Shown: positions 22,065-30,453 of the stretch, piece after piece
Numbering within the stretch: the first letter of the stretch is position 1
How the letters are laid out: the number at the start of each line of letters is the position of its first letter
DNA from: Anaeromyxobacter sp.
GTDB taxonomy: Bacteria > Myxococcota > Myxococcia > Myxococcales > Anaeromyxobacteraceae
DNA: 64,000 bases
Direction of reading: 5' to 3'
NCBI GenBank assembly: GCA_049840735.1
Contig: JASGJN010000021.1
Coordinates: 224,001-288,000, forward strand
The notes under the pieces: generated by a model
What the model saw: the letters and a program-made list of their open reading frames with translations, nothing else
Told to the model about the DNA's origin: nothing
Database searches by the model: none
Translations under genes and position numbers: made by a program

Positions 22065-22093
22065 TTGACACCTCGTGTTGGCTCGCAGACGAT
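22065..22093 (+). promoter_or_regulatory. Possible sigma70 promoter of the hydrogenase operon
   Basis: Perfect TTGACA, 17-nt spacer and a weak -10 (GACGAT), about 55 nt upstream of the ATG. Confidence 0.3.
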
Positions 22094-22146
22094 CCGCGCG
22101 CGCCGCCATCCGGGCGGTCGTTTCGCCAGCCAGAACGGACGCACGA

Positions 22147-25100
22147 ATGTTCACGCCCGTCCTCCCCGAGTCGAAGAAGGTCAAGGTCACGGTCAACGGT
22201 CGCGAGCTCCTGCTCGCCCCGGGCCTGACGCTCCTGCGCGCGCTGCTGCAGGAGGGCATCCACGTCCCGCACCTCTGCTTCGACACGCGCCTGGAGCGGT
22301 CGATCGGCAACTGCGGCCTGTGCGTGGTCGAGCTGCGCAACGAGGCGCGCGACGTGAAGGCCTGCCAGACGCCGGTCAAGGCGGGCATGGAGGTCGTCAC
22401 CGACACGCCCAAGCTCCAGGCCTACCGCCGCATCCGCCTGGAGCAGCTGCTGGGGCAGCACGACGCCGACTGCGTCGCGCCCTGCGTCCAGACCTGCCCG
22501 GCCCACATCGACATCCAGACCTACCTGCACCAGGTCTCCAGCGGGAACATCGAGGCCGCCCTCCGCGTCATCAAGGAGCGAAACCCGTTCCCCTCGGCCT
22601 GCGGCCGCGTCTGCCCGCACACCTGCGAGGCGCAGTGCCGGCGCAACCTGGTGGACGCCCCGGTGGCCATCAACCACGTGAAGCGCTTCGTGGCCGACTG
22701 GGACATGGCCCGCGAGACGCCCTTCATCCCGCAGGCCTCGGCCCCCTCGGGCCGGAAGATCGCCATCCTGGGCGCGGGCCCCTCCGGCCTCTCCGCCGCC
22801 TACTACGCGGCCATCCACGGCCACGAGGTCACGGTCTTCGAGCGCCTGCCGGAGCCGGGCGGGATGATGCGCTACGGCATCCCGGAGTACCGGCTGCCGA
22901 AGAAGGTCCTGGACGCCGAGATCGACGTGATCCGCGCCCTGGGCGTGAAGATCCTCACCGGCAAGTCGCTGGGCACGCACCTCCGCCTGGAGGAGCTGCA
23001 GAAGACCTACGACGCGGTCTACCTGGCCATCGGCTCCTGGCGCGCCACGCCCATGCAGATCGAGGGCGAGACCACCGAGGGCGTGTGGCTGGGCATCCAG
23101 TACCTGGAGGCCGTCACCAAGGGTGACAGGGTGCCGCGCGCCGACCGCGTGGTGGTGATCGGCGGCGGCAACACCGCCATCGACTGCGCCCGCACGGCGC
23201 TGCGCCGCGGCGCCAAGAGCGTGCAGCTGGTCTACCGCCGCACCCGCGACGAGATGCCGGCCGCGCCCTACGAGGTGGAGGAGGCGCTCCACGAGGGCGT
23301 GGAGATGCTCTTCCTGGCCGCGCCCAGCAAGATCGAGAAGACCAACGGCCACCTGACGCTGCACTGCATCCGCATGGCGCTGGGCGAGCCCGACCGCTCC
23401 GGCCGCCGCCGGCCGGTGCCGGTGGACGGCAGCGAGTTCCAGCTGGAGGCCGACCAGATCGTCGGCGCCATCGGCCAGAGCACCAACACCCAGTTCCTCT
23501 ACAACGACCTGCCGGTCCAGCTGAACAAGTGGGGCGACATCCAGGTCAGCGGCAAGACCATGCAGTCGTCGGTGGAGAAGGTCTTCGCCGGCGGGGACTG
23601 CGTGACCGGCCCGGCTACCGTGATCCAGGCGGTGGCGGCGGGGCGCGCCGCGGCCGAGTCGATGCACGAGCTGCTCTCCAAGGGGTTCGTCTCCGAGCGC
23701 TCCGACAGCTACGCCTGCAGCCGCGGCCGGCTGGAGGACCTGCCCCGCTACGAGTTCGAGGAGCTGCCCAGGTCGAGCCGCGCGCCCATGCCGGCGCTGG
23801 TCCCGACCGAGCGCATCCGCTCCTTCGTCGAGGTGGAGACGGGCATCAGCGAGGCCGAGGCGCGCGCCGAGTCCTCGCGCTGCCTGGAGTGCGGCTGCTC
23901 CGAGCGCGTCAGCTGCGAGCTGCGCAGCGAGGCCACCGCCCACGGCATCGAGCACAAGCCGCCGGTGGCCCGCCTCGAGCACTTCGCCATCGTGAAGGAC
24001 CACCCCTTCATCCTCCGCGACCACAACAAGTGCATCTCCTGCGGGCGGTGCGTGGCGGCCTGCGCCGACATCATCGGGCCGGACGTGCTCAACCTGTACG
24101 TGAAGCGCGGCCGGATGCTGGTGGGCACCAAGAGCGGTCTGCCGCTCAACGACACCGACTGCGTCTCCTGCGGCCAGTGCGTGAACAGCTGCCCCTGCGG
24201 CGCGCTGGAGTACCGGCGCGAGCGCGACCAGGTGTTCCGCGCCCTCAACGACAAGAAGAAGCTGGTGATGGGCTTCGTGGCGCCGGCGGTCCGCTCGGTG
24301 ATCTCGACCCACTTCGGCGTGCCCTTCAACGAGGTGGGCGGCTTCATGGCGGGCCTGCTGCGCAAGCTGGGCTTCGCCAAGGTCTTCGACTTCGTCTTCG
24401 CGGCCGACCTCACCATCGTGGAGGAGACCACCGAGTTCCTGAACCGGGCCGACGAGGGCGGGAAGTTCCCGCAGTTCACCTCCTGCTGCCCGGGCTGGGT
24501 CAACTTCGTGGAGCGCCGCTACCCGGGGCTGATCGAGCACTTCTCCACCTGCAAGTCGCCGCAGCAGATGATGGGCTCGACGGTGAAGGCCCACTATCCG
24601 AAGTGGGCCGGCCAGGACCTGAAGCGCGACGAGATGTTCCTGGTCTCGGTGGTCCCCTGCCTGGCCAAGAAGGTCGAGGCGGCGCGGCCGGAGTTCGCGC
24701 CGGACGGCGTCCGCGACGTGGACGCGGTGCTGACCACCTCCGAGCTGATCGAGATGATCACGCTGGCCGGCATCGACCCGCGGGAGGTCCAGCCGGGCGA
24801 GTTCGACGAGCCCTACAAGCAGGTCTCCGGCGCGGGCATGCTCTTCGGCTCCACCGGCGGCGTGGCCGAGGCGGCGCTGCGCATGGCGGCCGAGAAGGCC
24901 ACCGGGAAGGTGCTGGAGAAGCTGGACTTCGAGGAGGTCCGCGGCCTGACCGGCTTCAAGGAGGCCACGGTCCAGCTGGGCGAGGCCAAGGTCCGCCTGG
25001 CGGTCATCTCCGGCCTCAAGAACGCCATCCCGGTGCTGGAGCAGATCAAGGCCGGCAAGGACGTGGGCTACGACCTCATCGAGGTCATGACCTGCCCCGG

Positions 25101-25596
25101 CGGCTGCATCGGCGGCGCAGGCCACCCGGTCCCGGTGGCGGTGGGCGAGATGAAGGCCCGCCAGGACGTGCTCATCGACATCGACCGCACCTCCAAGCTG
25201 CGCAAGAGCCAGGAGAACCCGGACATCCTCCGCCTCTACGAGGAGTTCTACGGCGAGCCCAACTCGCACCTGGCCCACCGGCTGCTGCACACGCATTACA
25301 CGCCGCGCGGCGGCGACGCCAGGGCGCACAAGGCGGTCGTGAACCCGTCCGACTCGGCCTTCCGCACGCACGAGCTGCAGATCTGCTTCTGCGACGTCTG
25401 CGCGGGGAAGGGCTCTGCCCAGCTCTTCGACACGCTGACGGAGAAGGTCCGCGACGGCGGCCTGGAGCCGATGGTCGAGGTGAAGCCGGTCCGGCTCTCC
25501 GAGAAGCACGCCACCAAGGAGGTCTACGTCACGCTGGACGGGCAGCAGACGGGCGTGGAGCAGCTGCAGGCCATTCACCGGCTGGTGAGGGCGTAG
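22147..25596 (+). CDS. hydA: Multidomain [FeFe]-hydrogenase: [2Fe-2S], GltD/NfnB-like FAD/NAD(P)H module, 2x[4Fe-4S], H-cluster domain, C-terminal thioredoxin-like domain
   Basis: HLC...CGLC...ACQT; CPAH, CGRVCPHTCE..C, GAGPSG, GGGNTAID; CISCGRCVAAC and CVSCGQCVNSCP; APAVR, ADLTIVEE, FTSCCPGW, VPCLAKKVE, EVMTCPGGCIGGAG, LLHTHY. Confidence 0.93.
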   Translation: MFTPVLPESKKVKVTVNGRELLLAPGLTLLRALLQEGIHVPHLCFDTRLERSIGNCGLCVVELRNEARDVKACQTPVKAGMEVVTDTPKLQAYRRIRLEQLLGQHDADCVAPCVQTCPAHIDIQTYLHQVSSGNIEAALRVIKERNPFPSACGRVCPHTCEAQCRRNLVDAPVAINHVKRFVADWDMARETPFIPQASAPSGRKIAILGAGPSGLSAAYYAAIHGHEVTVFERLPEPGGMMRYGIPEYRLPKKVLDAEIDVIRALGVKILTGKSLGTHLRLEELQKTYDAVYLAIGSWRATPMQIEGETTEGVWLGIQYLEAVTKGDRVPRADRVVVIGGGNTAIDCARTALRRGAKSVQLVYRRTRDEMPAAPYEVEEALHEGVEMLFLAAPSKIEKTNGHLTLHCIRMALGEPDRSGRRRPVPVDGSEFQLEADQIVGAIGQSTNTQFLYNDLPVQLNKWGDIQVSGKTMQSSVEKVFAGGDCVTGPATVIQAVAAGRAAAESMHELLSKGFVSERSDSYACSRGRLEDLPRYEFEELPRSSRAPMPALVPTERIRSFVEVETGISEAEARAESSRCLECGCSERVSCELRSEATAHGIEHKPPVARLEHFAIVKDHPFILRDHNKCISCGRCVAACADIIGPDVLNLYVKRGRMLVGTKSGLPLNDTDCVSCGQCVNSCPCGALEYRRERDQVFRALNDKKKLVMGFVAPAVRSVISTHFGVPFNEVGGFMAGLLRKLGFAKVFDFVFAADLTIVEETTEFLNRADEGGKFPQFTSCCPGWVNFVERRYPGLIEHFSTCKSPQQMMGSTVKAHYPKWAGQDLKRDEMFLVSVVPCLAKKVEAARPEFAPDGVRDVDAVLTTSELIEMITLAGIDPREVQPGEFDEPYKQVSGAGMLFGSTGGVAEAALRMAAEKATGKVLEKLDFEEVRGLTGFKEATVQLGEAKVRLAVISGLKNAIPVLEQIKAGKDVGYDLIEVMTCPGGCIGGAGHPVPVAVGEMKARQDVLIDIDRTSKLRKSQENPDILRLYEEFYGEPNSHLAHRLLHTHYTPRGGDARAHKAVVNPSDSAFRTHELQICFCDVCAGKGSAQLFDTLTEKVRDGGLEPMVEVKPVRLSEKHATKEVYVTLDGQQTGVEQLQAIHRLVRA

Positions 25597-25605
25597 GATC
25601 CCTGG

Positions 25606-26109
25606 CCTTCGACTCCGCTGCCGCCTGCGGCGGCAGCTACGCTCAGGCCGAACGGGGCCGGGCGGAAGTGGCTCAGGCCGAACGGGGCCGGGCGGAGTCG
25701 GGCGGGAGCAGGGTCAGGCCGAGCGGGGCCGGGCGCAGGTCGGGCGGGTGGCGGTTCAGGCCGAACGGGGCCGGGCGGAGGTCGGGCGGGAGCAGGGTCA
25801 GGCCGAACGGGGTCGGGCGGGAGCGGGCTCAGGCCGAACGGGGCCGGGCGGAGGTCGGGCGGGAGCAGGGTCAGGCCGAGCGGGGCCGGGCGCAGGTCGG
25901 GCGGGAGCAGGGTCAGGCCGAGCGGGGCCGGGCGGAGGTCGGGCGGGAGCAGGGTCAGGCCGAACGGGGCCGGGCTCAGGTCGGGCGGGTGGCGGTTCAG
26001 GCCGAACGAGGCCGGGCGCAGGCGGGGCAGAAATGGCTCAGGCCGAACGGACACGGCAACCCCGTTCGCCCTGAGCGTAGCGAGCCCGCAGGGCTCGCGG
26101 AGTCGAAGG
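25606..26109. repeat. Two-arm palindromic element with internal tandem array (11 copies of the CAGGCCGA(A/G)CG core, mostly 42-bp period)
   Basis: Left arm starts at 25606, right arm 26062-26109; units at 25644, 25674, 25715, 25757, 25799, 25830, 25872, 25914, 25956, 25998, 26039. Confidence 0.92.
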
Positions 26110-26170
26110 GCAGGGAAGAGAAGTCGGCGGGTGCTGAGGGGCGCGCCGCCGGGGAACGGGAACGAAGGGC

Positions 26171-27544
26171 ATGGACGTCGTGATCGACGAGGGCCGGATC
26201 GAGGCCCAGCTGGCTGCGCCCCCGCCGGACGCTGCGCAGGTGGCCGCGATCCTGGCTCGCGCCCGCGAGCTGAAGGGGCTGGGGCCGGAGGACGTCGCCG
26301 CGCTGACGCGCCTCGAGGCGCCGGAGGCGCTGGAGCAGCTCTTCGCCGCCGCCGCCCACGTCAAGGAGACCATCTACGGGCCGCGCGTGGTGCTCTTCGC
26401 GCCGCTCTACGTCTCCAACGTCTGCGCCAACGAGTGCAGCTACTGCGCCTTCCGGCTCAGCCACGACCTGCCGCGCCGCGGCCTCTCCACCGACGAGGTC
26501 ACCCGCGAGGTCGAGGCGCTGGTGCGCCAGGGCCACAAGCGGCTCCTGATCGTCTCCGGCGAGGCGCTCTCCAACCGCTACTTCGACGAGCTGCTGGAGG
26601 CCATCCGGGCCGCCTACGCGGTCAAGCTGGGCAACGGCGAGATCCGGCGCATCAACGTCAACGTGGCGCCGCTGGACGTGGCCCGCTTCAAGCGGCTCAA
26701 GGAAGCGGACATCGGCACCTACCAGCTCTTCCAGGAGACCTACCACCTCCCCACCTACCAGACGGTCCACCGCAAGGGGCCGAAGCGCGACTACGCCTAC
26801 CGGCTCGACACCATGGATCGCGCCATGGAGGCGGGGATCGACGACGTGGGGATCGGCGTCCTGCTGGGCCTGCACGACTGGCGCTTCGAGCTCTTGGCCA
26901 TGCTGCAGCACGTGGCCCACCTCGAGCGGCGCTTCGGCGTGGGGCCGCACACCATCAGCGTCCCGCGCCTGGAGCCGGCCGACGGCTCCTCCATCTCCCG
27001 CCTGCCGCCCTGGGCGGTGAGCGACGAGGACTTCCTCAAGCTGGTGGCCATCCTGCGCCTGGCGGTGCCCTACACCGGCATCATCCTCTCCACCCGCGAG
27101 CAGCCGGAGCTGCGCCGCCGCGCGCTGGCGCTGGGCGTCTCGCAGATCTCCGCCGGCAGCCGCACCGACGTGGGCGGCTACAGCGAGCTCTCCACCAGCC
27201 CGGGGCAGTTCCAGCTGGGCGACCACCGCAGCCTGGAGGAGGTGGTCCGGGACCTTGCGGAGATGGGCTACGTGCCCTCCTTCTGCACCGCCTGCTACCG
27301 GCTGGGCCGCACCGGCCAGGACTTCATGGACCTGGCCAAGCCGGGCGCCATCAAGAACCACTGCGACCCCAACGCGCTCTCCACGCTGGTCGAGTACCTC
27401 TGCGATCACGCCTCGCCCGACACGGTCCGCATCGGGCGCGGCCTGGTGGCGGAGCGGCTGGCGCACATGGACGACAAGCGCCGGCGGCTCACCGAGAGGC
27501 TGGTGTCCAAGGTGGAGGCGGGCCAGCGCGACGTGCTGGTGTAG
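26171..27544 (+). CDS. hydG: [FeFe]-hydrogenase H-cluster radical SAM maturase HydG
   Basis: FAPLYVSNVCANECSYC, FQETY, GPHTISVPR, C-terminal CTAC-x22-C auxiliary cluster motif. Confidence 0.96.
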   Translation: MDVVIDEGRIEAQLAAPPPDAAQVAAILARARELKGLGPEDVAALTRLEAPEALEQLFAAAAHVKETIYGPRVVLFAPLYVSNVCANECSYCAFRLSHDLPRRGLSTDEVTREVEALVRQGHKRLLIVSGEALSNRYFDELLEAIRAAYAVKLGNGEIRRINVNVAPLDVARFKRLKEADIGTYQLFQETYHLPTYQTVHRKGPKRDYAYRLDTMDRAMEAGIDDVGIGVLLGLHDWRFELLAMLQHVAHLERRFGVGPHTISVPRLEPADGSSISRLPPWAVSDEDFLKLVAILRLAVPYTGIILSTREQPELRRRALALGVSQISAGSRTDVGGYSELSTSPGQFQLGDHRSLEEVVRDLAEMGYVPSFCTACYRLGRTGQDFMDLAKPGAIKNHCDPNALSTLVEYLCDHASPDTVRIGRGLVAERLAHMDDKRRRLTERLVSKVEAGQRDVLV

Positions 27545-27546
27545 CC

Positions 27547-28950
27547 ATGGTCGCCACGCGGACAGAGTCGGACCTGCTCGGCACGCGCGAGCTGCCGGCG
27601 GACGCGCTGCACGGCATCCACACCGCCCGGGCGCTGGAGAACTTCCCGCTGGCGGGCCGGCCGGTGCACCCGGCCCTGGCCCGCGCCTACGGCGTGGTGA
27701 AGTGGGCCTGCGCCCAGACCAACGAGGCGCTGGGCGTCTGGACCGGCCAGCCGGAGAAGGCCCGCGCCATCCTGGCCGCCTGCCGCGAGCTAGCCGAGGG
27801 GGCGCTGGCGCACGAGATCGTGGTCGACGCGCTGCAGGGCGGCGCGGGCACCAGCACCAACATGAACGTGAACGAGGTGCTGGCCAACCGCGCCTTGATC
27901 CTGCTGGGCCAGGCGCCGGGCCGGTACGACCTCGTCTCCCCCACCGACGATCTCAACCGCCACCAGTCCACCAATGACACCTACCCGACCGCCCTGCGCC
28001 TCGCCGCGATCTGGGGCGTGCGGGCGCTGGAGGCGGAGGTGGTCCGGTTGCAGGAGGCCTTCCAGGCCGCCGAGCGGCGCACCGAGCACGTGGTCAAGAT
28101 CGGCCGCACCGAGGGGATGGACGCGGTGCTGCTCACGCTGGGGCGCGAGCTGGGCGCCTACGCCGAGGCCGTGAACCGCGACCGCTGGCGGCTCTCCAAG
28201 TGCGAGGAGCGGCTGCGGGTGGTGAACCTGGGCGGCACGGCGGTGGGGACGGCGCTGGCGGCGCCGCGCGCCTACGTGTTCCGCGTGGTGGAGGCGCTGC
28301 GCGACCTCTCCGGCGTGGGCTTCGCGCGGGCCGAGAACCTGGTCGAGGCCACGCAGAACGCCGACGTCTTCGTGGAGGTGATGGGGCTCCTGAAGGCCCA
28401 CGCCACCTCGCTCTTCAAGGTCGCGAACGACCTGCGCCTGCTGGCCTCCGGCCCGGAGGCCGGGCTGGGCGAGCTCAAGCTCCCGGCCCAGCAGGCCGGC
28501 TCCTCGATCATGCCGGGCAAGGTGAACCCGGTCATCCCGGAGGCGGTGGCCCAGGCGGCCATGCGCGTCTTCGGCGAGGAGGCGGCGCTCTCGCTGGCCT
28601 GCGCGCAGGGCTCGCTGGAGCTGAACCCGTTCCTGCCGCTGGTAGCGGTGACGCTGCTCGACAGCCTGGACCTGCTGACCCGCACCGACCGCATCTTCCG
28701 CGAGCGCTGCGTGGCCGGGCTGGAGGCGGACGAGGCCCGCTGCCGGGCGCACCTCGAGTCCTCGACCGCCACCGCCACCGCGCTCCTGCCCGCGCTGGGC
28801 TACGAGCGCGCCACCGCGGCGGTGGCCCAGGCCAGGGCGGAGGGGCGGACGCTGCGCGCGGTGGTGGTGGGGAACGGCTGGATGACCGAGGCGGCCTTCG
28901 ACGCCGCCATCGCGCCGGAGGCCGTCAACCGGCTGGGGTTCGGATCATGA
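27547..28950 (+). CDS. aspA: Aspartate ammonia-lyase (fumarase/aspartase superfamily)
   Basis: RTESDLLG, GIHTARALENF, QGGAGTSTNMNVNEV, QSTNDTYPT, GSSIMPGKVNP. Confidence 0.9.
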   Translation: MVATRTESDLLGTRELPADALHGIHTARALENFPLAGRPVHPALARAYGVVKWACAQTNEALGVWTGQPEKARAILAACRELAEGALAHEIVVDALQGGAGTSTNMNVNEVLANRALILLGQAPGRYDLVSPTDDLNRHQSTNDTYPTALRLAAIWGVRALEAEVVRLQEAFQAAERRTEHVVKIGRTEGMDAVLLTLGRELGAYAEAVNRDRWRLSKCEERLRVVNLGGTAVGTALAAPRAYVFRVVEALRDLSGVGFARAENLVEATQNADVFVEVMGLLKAHATSLFKVANDLRLLASGPEAGLGELKLPAQQAGSSIMPGKVNPVIPEAVAQAAMRVFGEEAALSLACAQGSLELNPFLPLVAVTLLDSLDLLTRTDRIFRERCVAGLEADEARCRAHLESSTATATALLPALGYERATAAVAQARAEGRTLRAVVVGNGWMTEAAFDAAIAPEAVNRLGFGS

Positions 28951-30453
28951 ACGTGGTGCAGCAGCCGGCGCCGCCGCCCAAGGGGCAGCGCACGCACATC
29001 GGCCTCTTCGGCCGGCGCAACGTGGGCAAGTCCAGCCTGCTCAACGCGCTGGTCCGGCAGAGCGTCTCCATCGTCTCCGACCAGGCGGGCACCACCACCG
29101 ACCCGGTGGAGAAGCCCTTCGAGCTGCAGCCGCTGGGGCCCGTGCAGTTCATCGACACCGCCGGCATCGACGACGTGGGCGCGCTGGGCGAGCTGCGCGT
29201 CGCGAAGACGCGGCAGGTGATCGACCGGACCGACCTGGCCCTGCTGGTGACCGAGCCGGGCGTCTGGGGCGAGTACGAGCGGTCGCTGTGGGAGGAGCTG
29301 CAGCGGCGGGGCGTCGCCACGATCGTGGTGGTCAACAAGAGCGATCTGGCCCTGGCCTTCGACTCCGCTGCCGGCTTCGCCGGCAGCTACGCTCAGGCCG
29401 AACGGGGAGGCGGCGGCGAGGCGCAGGCCGAACGGGGAGGCGGCGGCGAGGCGCAGGCCGAGCGGGGGGGCGGTGGCGAGGCGCAGGCCGAGCGGGGGGG
29501 CGGTGGCGAGGCTCAGGCCGAACGGGGGGGCGGCTATGCTCAGGCCGAACGGAGCGGTGTCTCCGGTTCGACCAGCCTCAACACCGTTCCCCCTGAGCGT
29601 AGCGAGCCCGCAGGGCTCGCGGAGTCGAAGGGTCGAACGGGATTCGATTGCCGTCTCCGCCCACACCGGCGCCGGCCTCGACGCCCTCCGCGGCGAGCTG
29701 CTGGCCCGCGTGCCCCCCGAGTGCCTCCGCCCGCCCAGCATCCTGGGCGACCTGGTGGGCCCGGGCGAGCTGGCGGTGCTGGTGGTCCCCATCGACAAGG
29801 AGGCCCCCGCCGGCCGGCTGATCCTCCCCCAGGTGCAGTCCATCCGCGACCTGCTCGACAGCGACGCGATGTGCCTGGTGGTGAAGGAGCGCGAGCTGAA
29901 GGTGGCGCTGGAGCGGCTCAACCGGCCGCCGAAGCTGGTGGTCACCGACTCGCAGGCCTTCCTCAAGGTCTCGGCCGACGTGCCGAAGGGCGTGCCGCTC
30001 ACCAGCTTCTCGATCCTCTTCGCCCGCTACCGCGGCGACCTGGTCAAGCAGGTGGAGGGGGCGCTGGCGGTGGACGGGCTCCGCTCCGGCGACCGCGTCC
30101 TGGTGGCCGAGGCCTGCGGCCACCACCCCATCGGCGAGGACATCGGCCGGGTGAAGATCCCGCGCTGGCTGACCCAGTACACCGGCGCCAACCTCGAGTT
30201 CGTCCACACGCAGGGGCACGACTTCCCGGCCGACCTGCCCAGCTACAAGCTGGTGATCCACTGCGGCGCCTGCACGCTCAACCGGCGCGAGGTCACCGGC
30301 CGGCTGCGCCGCTGCGCCGACGCCGGCGTGCCGGTCACCAACTACGGCGTGGTCATCGCCCACAGCCTGGGCATCCTGGACCGCGTGCTGGACCCGTTCC
30401 CGGCCGCGCAGGAGGCGCTGCGGGCGGCGAAGGCGCGGCAGGAGACCGCGTGA
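28947..30453 (+). CDS. hydF: [FeFe]-hydrogenase maturation GTPase HydF carrying a repeat-derived insertion (apparent frameshift near 29643)
   Basis: GRRNVGKSS, GTTTD, DTAG, NKSD, then insertion, then AVSA, PIDKEAPAGRLILPQ, TDSQ, EACGHH, HCGAC, TNYG. Confidence 0.92.
29356..29640. repeat. Two-arm palindromic element inside hydF with 30-bp tandem array (6 units)
   Basis: Arms near-identical to those at 25606 and 26062; units at 29394, 29424, 29454, 29484, 29514, 29541. Confidence 0.92.

Noticed and set aside
21610..25578. Long antisense or alternate-frame ORFs (also 33228-36692, 56322-58772, 23529-26183, 1577-3196)
   Set aside because: Shadows of GC3-biased real genes; low-complexity translations with no recognisable motifs.
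29630..29660. Programmed ribosomal frameshift or true pseudogenisation of hydF
   Set aside because: No slippery heptamer, and the break matches the GATC-associated indel pattern seen in unrelated genes. Not excluded without resequencing.
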